Positions 27,888 through 38,373 of a DNA stretch of 64,000 nt are shown here, one piece after another. The notes beneath the pieces were generated by a model. That model did no database searches. It was not told the DNA's origin and saw only the letters and a list, made by a program, of their open reading frames with translations. Source of the DNA: Candidatus Latescibacterota bacterium (GTDB taxonomy: Bacteria; Latescibacterota; UBA2968; UBA8231). Numbering within the stretch: the stretch's first letter is position 1; every line of letters begins with the position of its first letter. The stretch lies in assembly GCA_965203175.1 (NCBI GenBank), contig OZ241867.1:3008001-3072000 (forward strand). The letters are read 5' to 3'. The position numbers and the translations under genes are program-made.

Positions 27888-30638
27888 GTGAATATAGTTA
27901 GGAGTTTCCGCATCGGTGTGGTGGCAATCGTGATGTTAGGAGTGATGGTGGAAGACCTCCCCGCACAGGAAGATTTCGGCTCGCGCTTGGGCGTGCGTCG
28001 TGGCGGGGAGGTTTTTTACGACCCCATCGGGCCAGGGGTACTTTTCGATGCGTTGGATCCAGCGGTGAAGAAGTGGTACGTGCCGCAGGAACTCTTCAAC
28101 GAGTACCAATGGCGGCAACAGGACTATACCAATTACGCCCGGCGGCACTATTCGCGCTATGTGAACACAAGCCAAGAAGGCGATTATTTTTACGATCTGT
28201 ACGGGAATTACATCACCCGCGGCGAACTCATTTACGACTGGAGCATTGCAGCGCCGCAGACCTCGGGTAGCAGCCTGTTTAAGACCACCCGATTCAATAG
28301 CTGGTTTACGAACTTGGTCATCGCCTCGGATCAGAAGGGCCAATACGCCTATGCCCTGACCATTGGCGACCGCATCCGCACGACGCTGACGCCGATGACC
28401 TTTTCCAAACCGACCTTTGCCGGTATTCAGTTTGACCTAGCTACGGACAAATACGAGGCGACCTTTCTCGCCTCGCGCCCTAGTGCGCCTGGTTACGTCG
28501 GAGCCTCAGCAACGGCTACTACCGGTCGTTTCCGCTCGAATGACACCAACTTGATCGGCGGACGCGGCACCATGCAGGTCGGCGACTTTGTCAAGTTGGG
28601 AGCGACCTACATCAATGCTTTCAACTCTTCGACCAAAGGGCAGGCATTTCAGGGCAACCCCTTCAAGGGCACGCTCACCGAGGGCCAGAACAACGCAGAC
28701 GTTTCGCGTATTGAAGTGCGCTTGAGCGACGATTCGCCCGAGGATGGCAGGGCGGGCGCGGCCTTCTTTCAGGAGGAGATGATCATTACGACCATCGATG
28801 GCGAGCGCATCAGCAACCGTCGTCGCATCGGCAATAGCAACATACTCGCCTTCGGCCCCGCGGTACAGGGCGGTTTTCGCCGCGAGGGTTTCCTCGCGGC
28901 CGATGGCAACGAGGTCATCGTACTAGTGTACGATTTAGAAGGCCCTCAGTACCGCAACTCCTTCGGCCCCCAGCCAGAGCAGATCAAGAGCATTGAGTTC
29001 CTGTTGCTTTTGGCCAACGACTACCGGATCGACGTTACCTCCAACCGCCAGCTCAACGCCAACGGCCAGCCGGTCTTGATCTCTGAGGGCATTCCCGAGC
29101 GCACGATGCGCGCCGACGGCAACGTGCAGGATGGCTCGAATCAGGGATTTGTGAGCGTCAAATACGGGTTGCCGGTAGCCAATGAGATCTTCGGCTTTAC
29201 GCTCGATATTATGGATGTCAGCGGATTTTACTTATCGGGGGAATACGACCGCAATCGCCAGCACTTTCGCTATCCACGGCGGTCGGAAACCGACGTGACC
29301 CAGCATACGGCGTACAACAGCTCGGCCGACGCTTGGTTTGTCAATGTGTATAAACGCGCTTATCCCTACTTTGGCTTCGGCGAAGTCTATAATGTTGATC
29401 CCGACTACAGCACTAGTTCCTTTCTAGCTGGTACCCAAAACGATGCAGCGGACATCAATTACGACGATGACATCCGTTTCGTTTACGAATTCGTCGATGA
29501 CAACGACGATCAAGATCGCAATCCCGACTGGCTTCGGGCCAATTTCTCGCAGGATAGGGAAGTCTTCCCAGGGTTCGACGAAAACAACGACTTCATCAAC
29601 GACTTCAATCAGAACGACTCCGAGTGGCGCGAGAACACAGTGCCTGATTACGAGGAGCCGTTTCTGCGCTACGCATCCGATCGACCTGAGTTCCTCTTTG
29701 GTCTTGATATGAACAACAACGGTATCATTGACCGCTTTGAAAACGACATTTTACCAGACTATCTGTACAAACGGGATCGGCGCGGCTACAACATCTATGT
29801 AGGTTCTCATTTAGGGCCGGAGGCACGGCTGACTGTCGGTCGCCTCGACGAACGCCAGCTAGCAGACGCTCGCGAGAACGCCACCAACTACGCCTTGCTG
29901 ACCTTTGACAAGGACTACGCCAGCAAGGGGCGCGTGCAAATATACAACAACTATCGGCAGGTCCGCGACGATATTCGCGACAATGTGATAGAGTGGGTTG
30001 TGCGCGAGGGATCGCGCGGCGACCTAGTGCCCTATACCGACCCTCTCCCTCTGCGCGATGGCTGGGCTAATACCTTGTATCTCGGCTATCAGTACCAGAG
30101 CGACCACATCCACTTTAAGAACCGCCTTAAGTGGGAGGTTTTCAAACAGGACAATTTCGGCGAGCGACCGCTTGATGAACAGGACATCCGCGAGACGGCG
30201 TCCTTCTTCGGAGTCCTCAACAAGATCGATTATACGTTCAACCTCGGGATCCTCAAGTTCCAGCCGCGCTGGAAGAGCGAGTTCCAGCGCCAGCGGCCCT
30301 CGCGCCGCCAGGATACGCAGGTGCGGGTAGCGACCACCGAGTTGCACGAGCTGTGGTCGCTGGTTGTGCACGTCCCAATTCTGTCGCGCACCCAATTGCA
30401 GACCGGCCTAGAGTACCTGCTCGTCGAGCAGTTCCGCGAGGAGTTGGAAACCCATTTGCTGCGCTCGGACCGCAACGAGTTGGTCTATGCCTTGCAGTTT
30501 ACCAACAACGCCGAATACCTAGGCTACAACCTGTGGACCCAGACTGGATTTCGCGTGTCGCGGATTGATCGCGCTTCGGCCGAAAGGGCACGCACTGAAA
30601 CGGCCATATTCGTCACTGTGTACGCCGGTCTTGAGTAG
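27888..30638 (+). CDS. Large exported protein, probable outer-membrane beta-barrel with Asp/Asn-rich Ca-binding insert
   Basis: Signal peptide; many alternating aromatic beta-strands; DDNDDQD, DENNDFIND, DMNNNGIID; C-terminal strand AIFVTVYAGLE. Confidence 0.65.
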   Translation: MNIVRSFRIGVVAIVMLGVMVEDLPAQEDFGSRLGVRRGGEVFYDPIGPGVLFDALDPAVKKWYVPQELFNEYQWRQQDYTNYARRHYSRYVNTSQEGDYFYDLYGNYITRGELIYDWSIAAPQTSGSSLFKTTRFNSWFTNLVIASDQKGQYAYALTIGDRIRTTLTPMTFSKPTFAGIQFDLATDKYEATFLASRPSAPGYVGASATATTGRFRSNDTNLIGGRGTMQVGDFVKLGATYINAFNSSTKGQAFQGNPFKGTLTEGQNNADVSRIEVRLSDDSPEDGRAGAAFFQEEMIITTIDGERISNRRRIGNSNILAFGPAVQGGFRREGFLAADGNEVIVLVYDLEGPQYRNSFGPQPEQIKSIEFLLLLANDYRIDVTSNRQLNANGQPVLISEGIPERTMRADGNVQDGSNQGFVSVKYGLPVANEIFGFTLDIMDVSGFYLSGEYDRNRQHFRYPRRSETDVTQHTAYNSSADAWFVNVYKRAYPYFGFGEVYNVDPDYSTSSFLAGTQNDAADINYDDDIRFVYEFVDDNDDQDRNPDWLRANFSQDREVFPGFDENNDFINDFNQNDSEWRENTVPDYEEPFLRYASDRPEFLFGLDMNNNGIIDRFENDILPDYLYKRDRRGYNIYVGSHLGPEARLTVGRLDERQLADARENATNYALLTFDKDYASKGRVQIYNNYRQVRDDIRDNVIEWVVREGSRGDLVPYTDPLPLRDGWANTLYLGYQYQSDHIHFKNRLKWEVFKQDNFGERPLDEQDIRETASFFGVLNKIDYTFNLGILKFQPRWKSEFQRQRPSRRQDTQVRVATTELHELWSLVVHVPILSRTQLQTGLEYLLVEQFREELETHLLRSDRNELVYALQFTNNAEYLGYNLWTQTGFRVSRIDRASAERARTETAIFVTVYAGLE

Positions 30639-30648
30639 GAGGTTTCCC

Positions 30649-31407
30649 ATGCTGAAATATTTCACACCACTGCTTTTGGTCGGGTTACTTTTTCCGGGCT
30701 GCTCCTATCGCTACTATGCCGAAGACCTCAAACCACTGAGCGAGGCCGAGCAAGGAGCCAACAAGACGGTGGCCGACGATGGCACCGTATCCTATACCCA
30801 GGCTCGCCTTGAGATCAGCCTGCGGCCGATGACCGACGCGGAGTTGAACCGTCAGTTCAGCGCGTACTCCAACGAGGGGCCCAACTCACAGAACCCCTAC
30901 ACGTTTGGCAACTCGACGTACTTTCGCACTGGGGACACCCCGCAGCGCTTCACTGTTTTCCGCATGTATGTTTCCAATTACGAATATCCCAAAGTCTATC
31001 TCGATCCCAAAAAGGTCTATGTAACCACTCCTAACGGGCGCAAGTACTACGCGTTGAGATTCGAACAGCTCTCAATATACTATCGTCGCTACGTCGGCAG
31101 CGGCAAAGGCGGTGGGGAGCCTGGGATGCCCGGCAATGCCATGTTCACTTGGAAAGAGCGCGAAAGCATCTTGCGGCGCACGATGTTTCCCGATGAGGAT
31201 GTGTTCAGCGCTCAGGAGAACGAAGGGTATATCGTCTTCAAGCCACTGGCCCCGGATGTGGAGGAACTGACTGTTCATATCCCCGATGTGGTAGTGCGAT
31301 TCGACTATAAGGGGGATCCGATAGAGGACGTGGATATCGAAATGCACTTTGAGCGCGAGATTGGTCGCATCTATCCCGACGGACGCAAAGTGGCGACCAG
31401 CCAATAG
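30649..31407 (+). CDS. Lipoprotein of unknown function (Ig-like)
   Basis: ATG 30649 with AGGAGG RBS; lipobox FPGC; close paralogue of 46075..46821. Confidence 0.8.
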   Translation: MLKYFTPLLLVGLLFPGCSYRYYAEDLKPLSEAEQGANKTVADDGTVSYTQARLEISLRPMTDAELNRQFSAYSNEGPNSQNPYTFGNSTYFRTGDTPQRFTVFRMYVSNYEYPKVYLDPKKVYVTTPNGRKYYALRFEQLSIYYRRYVGSGKGGGEPGMPGNAMFTWKERESILRRTMFPDEDVFSAQENEGYIVFKPLAPDVEELTVHIPDVVVRFDYKGDPIEDVDIEMHFEREIGRIYPDGRKVATSQ

Positions 31408-31490
31408 GGCAGCGCGGAACTCACAATTGAACTTTAACTAGCTGCGCGGTGCCAAAGCGGTACCGCGCAGTTTTGTACTGGGAAAAACGT

Positions 31491-33152
31491 ATGTCTTGGC
31501 GATTTTTTGTCTGCGGCATCTCCTTAGCCGTTGCAGGTTGCGCGTCGGAGAATGAACCGGCCACCCCAGAGACGGTTTTGGCCACGGTGGGGGAGGAGAT
31601 GATCACGGCTTTGGACCTCCACCGCTACGAGCAAGCGCTGCCCGACTATCTGCACTCGAAGAAAGAGGGGGTAGCCGCCCGCGGCGAAAACCTACAGACC
31701 CTAGTCGACAAGGAGCTCATGCTGCGCGAGGCCTACAAGCGGGGGTTGGACCAGTTGCCTGGGCTCGCCTATACGCTGTCCGACATGGTCAATAAGCGCT
31801 TGGCCGAGAAACTATCGCGCGAGTGGATCGACGCCCGGCTCAAGGTGACCGAGGAGGAACTGCGCGCCGCGTACGAGGAGCATTTGCTCGGTTGGGAAAT
31901 CTGGCCGGCGCACATTCTCTCGGCTACCGAAGAAGACGCTTGGGCCATCATCCGCCAATTGGAAGCCGGGGCCAACTTTTCCGAATTGGCACGCCAGCAC
32001 TCTCTCGCCGACGACGCAGACAAAGGCGGCAACCTCGGTGCCTTCTTTGACCAAGCTGGTGCTGTACCTAGCCTGCGCGATGGCACCTTTCACTTAGAGG
32101 AAGGCCAAGTCAGCGAGCCGATCCGCACGATTGACGGATACGAGGTCGTCAAGGTCCTTAAAAAACGACGCATCCCCTTTGAGAAATTGCGCGCTGATAT
32201 CGCCGAGCAGGTTGGCCAACGCAAGTGGGCGCAGCGGCGACGGGTGGTAATTGACTCGCTCAAGGAGGTGCGCAGCTTGCGCTATCACCGCGACCGCATC
32301 CACGCCGTGCTCGCCGCGTTGCACGGCCGTGCGTTGGACCAACCCCACGCACCGCTGATTGAATATGAAGGGGGAGGCATTGGTAGCGGTGACGCCGTGC
32401 GGGGGCTCCGCTCGCTTAAGAAGGGAGCGCTGCCGCCCGACAGTGCAGCCGCGGTTTTGGCTGTTGAACGGTGGATTCTCCCGGATTCCCTGTTGGCTCT
32501 CGAAGCCCGTATGCAGAGGCGGCATCTATGGCCCGCTGTGGTAGCGTGGGCCGAGGGACAGAAGCAGTCGCTGCTCGTGTCGCAATTGCGCCTAGACGCG
32601 GTGGCGGGAAAGGTCTCAGTGACGGAAGCAGAGGTGCGGGATTACTACGAGCAACACTTGGAAACCTACCGCTCCCTGCCCGGCGTCATCGAGATGACCG
32701 AGGTGCTGGTCGATACGCGCATGGAGGCCGAAGAAATTCTCGCGCGGGCGCGCAGCGGGGAGAGGCTGGCGGAGTTGGCCCAGCGCCACTCCGTGCGACC
32801 CAGCATGAAGCCGGTAGGCGGCCACACTTTCTCCGACAGCGGTCGGGTTACTATCAAGTCGCTTTATCAGTCGCCGTACCGCACCTTTTTTGGCGACAGC
32901 AATTCCAAAGACGTCGGGGTCTTACAAGGGCCGATGGAAGTCCAGGAGAAATACAGCGTGTTCCGCCTCGACCAGCCTTACGGGATGGCGTTGCTGCCCT
33001 TTAAGCAGGTGCAGCGTCCCATTCGCGTTAAGATCCACAAGCGCCGTGAAGGTGTACTCTTCGACGCGTTCCTCGACTCGCTGCGCCAAGCATACGCGGG
33101 CGAGGTACACATCAGCCAAGACGCCCTCACTCGCTACACTGCCGCCTTTTAA
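31491..33152 (+). CDS. PpiC-type peptidyl-prolyl isomerase / SurA-PrsA-like foldase lipoprotein (two rotamase domains)
   Basis: Lipobox VAGC; AHIL, GANFSELARQHS, GGNLG, VSEPIRTIDGY; second domain with LAELAQRHS. Confidence 0.85.
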   Translation: MSWRFFVCGISLAVAGCASENEPATPETVLATVGEEMITALDLHRYEQALPDYLHSKKEGVAARGENLQTLVDKELMLREAYKRGLDQLPGLAYTLSDMVNKRLAEKLSREWIDARLKVTEEELRAAYEEHLLGWEIWPAHILSATEEDAWAIIRQLEAGANFSELARQHSLADDADKGGNLGAFFDQAGAVPSLRDGTFHLEEGQVSEPIRTIDGYEVVKVLKKRRIPFEKLRADIAEQVGQRKWAQRRRVVIDSLKEVRSLRYHRDRIHAVLAALHGRALDQPHAPLIEYEGGGIGSGDAVRGLRSLKKGALPPDSAAAVLAVERWILPDSLLALEARMQRRHLWPAVVAWAEGQKQSLLVSQLRLDAVAGKVSVTEAEVRDYYEQHLETYRSLPGVIEMTEVLVDTRMEAEEILARARSGERLAELAQRHSVRPSMKPVGGHTFSDSGRVTIKSLYQSPYRTFFGDSNSKDVGVLQGPMEVQEKYSVFRLDQPYGMALLPFKQVQRPIRVKIHKRREGVLFDAFLDSLRQAYAGEVHISQDALTRYTAAF

Positions 33153-33154
33153 AA

Positions 33155-35173
33155 ATGCGCGGTCGGCTCGCGGCGCTGCTGCTCGGCTTGGTTTTGGTCG
33201 CGCTCATTGAGGGAGGGTTGCGGCTGATCCCGGCGTTGGATCCGCCAGCGTTTGCCATCCAATTAGCGCGCGTCGAAAACCGGGCGCTCCACGCGGTCAA
33301 CCCGGATTATGCCCGTCGCTTCTTCGCCGACATGGCCGAGCCTATCCGGCGCGGCATCCGCATGACCCCGAGGCCCTATATCGAACCCGCGCCCGAGGGT
33401 GCATTGCGCGTGCTCTTTGCCGGGGGTTCGACCGTACAGGGCTACCCTCACCCCAAACGTTTATCGGCTCCGTCCTATCTCCAAGAAATGCTCGGCGATC
33501 TTTTCCCAGCGAGCCAGATCGAAGTCTTTAACGCTGGGATCACCGCTGCGTCGAGCTTTGCTGTGGCCCGTGCGGTAGAAGACGGCACTGCCGCACTCGG
33601 GGCGGACTTGGTCGTAGTCTATACTGGTCACAACGAGCTATACGGGGTTTATGGGGCGGCCTCGTTGGCCCAAGGAGGGCAAGCAGTGTGGATGAAGCGG
33701 GTCCACTACGCGCTGGTGCAGTGGCGGCTGAGACCCTTGGTCGGCAAGCTGATAGGGCCGTTGGGCAAAGAGTGGTCGGATGGGCCCTTGATCGAGGTGA
33801 TGTCTAAGGCAGGCGCGATCCCGGCGTCCGATCCGCGGCGGGCGCAGGCGGCGGCAAACTTAGAGACTAATCTCCGCGACGTGGCGGCCTTTTGCCGAGT
33901 CCGGCGCATTCCCTTGGTGCTCTGTACGGTGACCAGCAACGAGCGCGGTTTCGCGCCAGCGCGCATGGAGCCGCCGTTGCCGGATGGGGAGCGCGCGCGC
34001 TATGTGGATTTTTTGGCGCAGGGCCATAGGGAGCAAGCGTCGCCGGCCGCCCTGGCGGCCTTGGAACAGGCCGAGGTGCTCTATGCAGACGACGCCTACT
34101 TGCACTTCTTGCGCGGTTATCACTTAGAGCAGTTGGGCCGTGGGGCTAGGGCACGGGCGGCTTATGTGCAGGCTCGCGAGTTAGATCCTCGGCCTTGGCG
34201 GGCGCCGGCCGCCCTAAACGAGGTCGTGCGCCGAGTTGCGGCTGAAGAAGGGGTACTTCTCGCCGATGTGGAGGCGCGCTTCCGCGCCCACAGCTCGGAG
34301 GCAGGCGTGGGTTGGGAACTGATGGCCGATCACTTGCATCCGGCGGTGGTCGGCCAAGTGCTCTTGGCTCGATCTATTGTCGCTGCGCTGGAAAAGGCAC
34401 CGACCCCTTGGATGGTCGCACCCGATGCTGCGGATCGGTTGGCGGCAGCCGATGAATACCGCCGTAGACTCGGTGATCTGCCCGTCGAGCGGCTAGCCGT
34501 GCTGCGGGCCATGGTTGTGCTCTTGGCCACGCCGCCTTTGGATGAAGGCAACGAGCATCGAGTGCAGACCTTGCGCGAGCAGGCCACGGCCCTGTGGGAC
34601 GAACTGAGTGCTGGAGAGCAGAGCGGAGTCGAGCGCTGGCAAACGGGAGAGGGACCGGAGCTATTGGCGCTGAACGTGGCTGACGCGTGTTACGACGCTC
34701 AGGAGTACGCGCGCGCGCGGGCTTATTATCGCGCGGCCCGTTTGGAGAATCCTTATACAATATGGGGCGATTTGTGGAGCACGTTGCGCCAGATGCATTG
34801 TGGCCAACTCGCGGGAGATTCCATTGGACCGACCGACCGCGCCGTACTCTCTGCCCTGCTAGATCGCTTGCGCTTCTTGAGCGCGGCCCCAGATTTTTCT
34901 CTAGGGTTACAGGACTTTATCCGCGGCTATGCCTACCATTTGCTCGGAGAGCATATCAGGGCGTTAGCAGCGCTAGAAAGCGCAGCGCAAGACGCGAACA
35001 TCCGCAAGATGTTTACGACGGACTTGCTAGAGCTGCTCGTCGCCGAACTGATGAGTGCAGGTCGCTTGGCCGACGCCGAGCGGTACGCCGTGCAGATAGC
35101 TGTCGAGCAGCAGCAAGAGGCGTTCGGTCGGGCACTCATCGAGCAGATTAGGGCGGGTCAGAAGCCGCGCTGA
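33155..35173 (+). CDS. Membrane-anchored SGNH/GDSL-like hydrolase with TPR repeats
   Basis: GGSTVQG, NAG, YTGHNE, DHLHP blocks; TPR-like helices. Confidence 0.8.
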   Translation: MRGRLAALLLGLVLVALIEGGLRLIPALDPPAFAIQLARVENRALHAVNPDYARRFFADMAEPIRRGIRMTPRPYIEPAPEGALRVLFAGGSTVQGYPHPKRLSAPSYLQEMLGDLFPASQIEVFNAGITAASSFAVARAVEDGTAALGADLVVVYTGHNELYGVYGAASLAQGGQAVWMKRVHYALVQWRLRPLVGKLIGPLGKEWSDGPLIEVMSKAGAIPASDPRRAQAAANLETNLRDVAAFCRVRRIPLVLCTVTSNERGFAPARMEPPLPDGERARYVDFLAQGHREQASPAALAALEQAEVLYADDAYLHFLRGYHLEQLGRGARARAAYVQARELDPRPWRAPAALNEVVRRVAAEEGVLLADVEARFRAHSSEAGVGWELMADHLHPAVVGQVLLARSIVAALEKAPTPWMVAPDAADRLAAADEYRRRLGDLPVERLAVLRAMVVLLATPPLDEGNEHRVQTLREQATALWDELSAGEQSGVERWQTGEGPELLALNVADACYDAQEYARARAYYRAARLENPYTIWGDLWSTLRQMHCGQLAGDSIGPTDRAVLSALLDRLRFLSAAPDFSLGLQDFIRGYAYHLLGEHIRALAALESAAQDANIRKMFTTDLLELLVAELMSAGRLADAERYAVQIAVEQQQEAFGRALIEQIRAGQKPR

Positions 35174-36869
35174 CACCCTCGCCTTCGACGAGCGCGATGT
35201 CTTGGTTGGCTGCAAAGGGGCCGAATCGCTCGGTTCGGCCCGAAGGCCAACGTACTTCTAATGCGTCGAGTTGCGGTCGTTTCCCCAGTCCCAAACAGAT
35301 GTGGAGTTGACTCTGCGATAGGTACGAGCGACTGCCGCGTAGTTCCCTAGTCTGGACCAAGTCGCCGCTAGTTGCCGTCAGCCGGGCACCGATGCCATTC
35401 GGGTTGCCGTTGGTCCCAACGAGCCGGATGGTCATCCAGTGATTGGCCTCGCCTTGATCGTTGCGCAGCAAGCTGAGCGGTTGCCCTGAATTAAAGACTA
35501 GTAGATCGGGATCGCCGTCGCCGTCGTAGTCGCCAGCGGCACTTCCGCGACTGACGCGCTCTAAAGAGAAACCGGGACCGGCCGCTGTGGAAATCTCGGC
35601 GAAGCGGCCGCCGTCGTTGCGGAAGAGCAAATTGCGCTGCCCATAACTGGTGGATTGGTCGATGTCGCGGACGTTGTCGAGAACGTGGCCGTTGGCGGCA
35701 AACAGGTCGAGATCTCCATCGAGGTCGGGGTCGAAAAACTGGGTGCCAAACCCGAGGAAGGGCAACGACGGAAGGCCTATCCCGGCGACAAAGGTTGCAA
35801 CCGAGAAGAAGCTACCTTCGCCCCGATAGAGTGCGTTAGGCTCGGCCTGGAAGTTGGTCACCGTTAAATCGAGTACGCCGTCGCCGTTGTAGTCCCCCCA
35901 ATCTACCCCCATGCCCGCTTCCATTTGTCCGTCTTGGCCATAAGCTACCCCGGCCAGTCCCGCTCTTTCGGCAAAGGTTCCATCGCGGTTGTTGTGGTAG
36001 AGGAAGTTGCGCACTGCATCGTTGGCCACGTAGATGTCGGGCCAACCGTCGCTGTCGTAGTCGCCAAAAACTACCCCTAGCCCCTTGCCGCTCGCATCGG
36101 CGATGCCCGCTCCTGCCGATACATCGACAAATCGTCCTGCGCCGTCGTTGCGGTAGAACAAATCAGCTTGGCCTTGGAAGTTGTCTGGATGCGGATAGCC
36201 GACAGGAGCTTGGCCACCATAGCTTTCGTAGCTGGCCATATAGGGCACTTGGTCGGCGCGGGCCGCGGCTGGATCGTAGGCTACGTAGTTGGCGACATAG
36301 AGGTCGAGGTCTCCGTCGCGGTCATAATCGGCAAAGGCACAACTCGTGCCCCAGCGCGCATCGGCAACGCCTGTATGCCGTCCGATTTCAGCAAAGTGTC
36401 CGTCGTCGTTGCGAAAGAGTGCGTTGGGGCCAAAGTTGGTCAAATAGAGGTCGAGGTCTCCGTCGCTGTCGTAGTCGGCCGCGGCTACTCCCATGCCAAC
36501 ACCTGGGTGGGCGACCCCAGCCGCGACTGAGACAAAGCGCTGGCCGTCGTTGAGAAAAAGACTATTGACAGGGGCCGCATCTCGTGGGTCGGCGGCGATA
36601 AAAGCGCCGTTTACGGCGTAAACATCTAAATCGCCATCGCCGTCGTAGTCGAAGAAAGCACCTCCGCCACCCATAGTCTCGGGGAAGTAGCGCTGAGGAC
36701 TGCGGCCGTTTTCGTGCTGCCAAGTCAGGCCGACGGCAGATGCTACTTCGACGAAGTAGAGAGACGAAGCTGCAGGTGCGGCGTGTTGCAGCGGTGCAGG
36801 TGGCACGGTCTCTTCGGTGGAGTTACAGGCTAGACAGAGAAAGCAGATGAGAAGGACTAGTATGGACAT
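35148..36869 (-). CDS. CRTAC1-family lipoprotein (FG-GAP/VCBS repeats plus ASPIC/UnbV)
   Basis: Start ATG 36869, lipobox CLAC; repeated DYDGDGDLDLYV; IGAR..., HICLG, VRWPSG. Confidence 0.92.
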   Translation of the reverse strand: MSILVLLICFLCLACNSTEETVPPAPLQHAAPAASSLYFVEVASAVGLTWQHENGRSPQRYFPETMGGGGAFFDYDGDGDLDVYAVNGAFIAADPRDAAPVNSLFLNDGQRFVSVAAGVAHPGVGMGVAAADYDSDGDLDLYLTNFGPNALFRNDDGHFAEIGRHTGVADARWGTSCAFADYDRDGDLDLYVANYVAYDPAAARADQVPYMASYESYGGQAPVGYPHPDNFQGQADLFYRNDGAGRFVDVSAGAGIADASGKGLGVVFGDYDSDGWPDIYVANDAVRNFLYHNNRDGTFAERAGLAGVAYGQDGQMEAGMGVDWGDYNGDGVLDLTVTNFQAEPNALYRGEGSFFSVATFVAGIGLPSLPFLGFGTQFFDPDLDGDLDLFAANGHVLDNVRDIDQSTSYGQRNLLFRNDGGRFAEISTAAGPGFSLERVSRGSAAGDYDGDGDPDLLVFNSGQPLSLLRNDQGEANHWMTIRLVGTNGNPNGIGARLTATSGDLVQTRELRGSRSYLSQSQLHICLGLGKRPQLDALEVRWPSGRTERFGPFAANQDIALVEGEGVSAASDPP

Positions 36870-36870
36870 G

Positions 36871-38373
36871 TCAGGGACTCGGCAGTTGAGCGAGCCGCTC
36901 GCGGGCTTGGCGCAGGAAGTCTGGGTCGCCTTGCCACTTGTCGATAAAGGTTTGATAGCAACGGCGTGCCTCCAAGACCGCGCCCTGGGCTTGGTACACG
37001 GTTGCCAGTGCGTAATAGGTTCGCGCAAAAGTCGAATCAGCCGAAAGCGCCGCCTGATAGGCTCGTTGTGCTTGAGCTAGCTGCCCTTTTTGCAAGAAGA
37101 GGCTGCCGAGATTATAGTGGGCATCGGCCAGAGTTGAGTCAGCGGCAATGGCCGATGCCAACGCCCGTTGCGCCGCCACTTCTTCGCCTAAGCTTAGCTG
37201 GACATGGCCGAGGTTATTCCAAGCTGTGGCCGAAGACGAATCCAGTGCCAGTGCGTGCTCGAAGGCCGTGCGGGCCTCTTGATACTGGTCTCGCCGCATA
37301 TAAACATAACCACAGGTGAAATGGAGCTTGCTAGTGCGCACATCCTCTGGGTGCTGAGAGATGCCTCGGCGGCATAGTTCGAGCACTTCTTGATCTTCTC
37401 CCTGCGTCAATAAAAGTCCGCTTAGCGAAATTAGGGCCTCTAAGTCGTTCGGGTCAGCTAGCAGTATGGCCCGATAGTGGGTGAAAGCGTCGTCGTCTCG
37501 ACCCAGTTGTCGATAGTGGTAGGCTAGTTGCAAGCGAGTCTCACGGTGGTCGGGCTCGGTGTCGAGCTGGCGACGCAGGTGCGCGATTTGAGCAGCGTGG
37601 GCAGCGAGGGTCTCAAAACGTGCCAGCGCCGCCTGCGCTTGAGTTGGCTGTCTCAGTCCCAAAAGCGCCGAAGAAAGATTGTAGTGAGCCTCGATTAAGT
37701 GCGGGTCGAGCGCGAGCGCGCGGCGAAAGGTCGCCAGCGCCTCTGGGTAACGCCGCTCGGCTAGGTGCAGCAAACCCAGCAGACGATGACTCTCGGCTAG
37801 GGTCGAGTCTTGGGCGAGGGCTAGGTCGAGCGCGGCTCGGGCCTCGTCGTAGCGTCCTTGACGCACATAGAGCCGGCCGAGTTGTTGCCGCACGTCAAAG
37901 TCTTCCCCGCCCCCCTCTAATGCAGCGTGCAGTCCTTTTTCGGCTAGGTCGTAGCGCCCTTGTTTGGCATAGAAGAGGGGCAGAGTGCGGAGGGCTGGGA
38001 CGTAGGTTGGAATGCGTTCGAGTAACTCGATGGCCAACGGCAGGTGGCCCCGGTCGGCCTCGACCACAGCTAGGTTGTGTCGGGCGCGATGATAGGTGGA
38101 GTCGGCTGCGAGCGCGGCTTCGTAGGCTTGGACGGCCCGCTCCACGTGCCCGAGCCGAGCGTCAAGATCACCCAATGCACAGTGCGCTGCGGCGTCGAGC
38201 GAGTCTATGGCTAGCGCTTTTTCAAAAGCGCGGCGTGCCTCGGCGTAGCGGTGTTCTTCAGCGAAGTCACGCCCGGCCTGCACCAAGCGGTCGCTTTCTT
38301 TTTTGGGGACGGGATCTACGCCGCAACCACTCAACGTCACCCATAGTACGGCGATCGGGACAACCAAGCTCAT
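36871..38373 (-). CDS. TPR-repeat lipoprotein
   Basis: Lipobox LSGC; continuous TPRs (AHYNL, AWNNLG). Confidence 0.88.
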   Translation of the reverse strand: MSLVVPIAVLWVTLSGCGVDPVPKKESDRLVQAGRDFAEEHRYAEARRAFEKALAIDSLDAAAHCALGDLDARLGHVERAVQAYEAALAADSTYHRARHNLAVVEADRGHLPLAIELLERIPTYVPALRTLPLFYAKQGRYDLAEKGLHAALEGGGEDFDVRQQLGRLYVRQGRYDEARAALDLALAQDSTLAESHRLLGLLHLAERRYPEALATFRRALALDPHLIEAHYNLSSALLGLRQPTQAQAALARFETLAAHAAQIAHLRRQLDTEPDHRETRLQLAYHYRQLGRDDDAFTHYRAILLADPNDLEALISLSGLLLTQGEDQEVLELCRRGISQHPEDVRTSKLHFTCGYVYMRRDQYQEARTAFEHALALDSSSATAWNNLGHVQLSLGEEVAAQRALASAIAADSTLADAHYNLGSLFLQKGQLAQAQRAYQAALSADSTFARTYYALATVYQAQGAVLEARRCYQTFIDKWQGDPDFLRQARERLAQLPSP

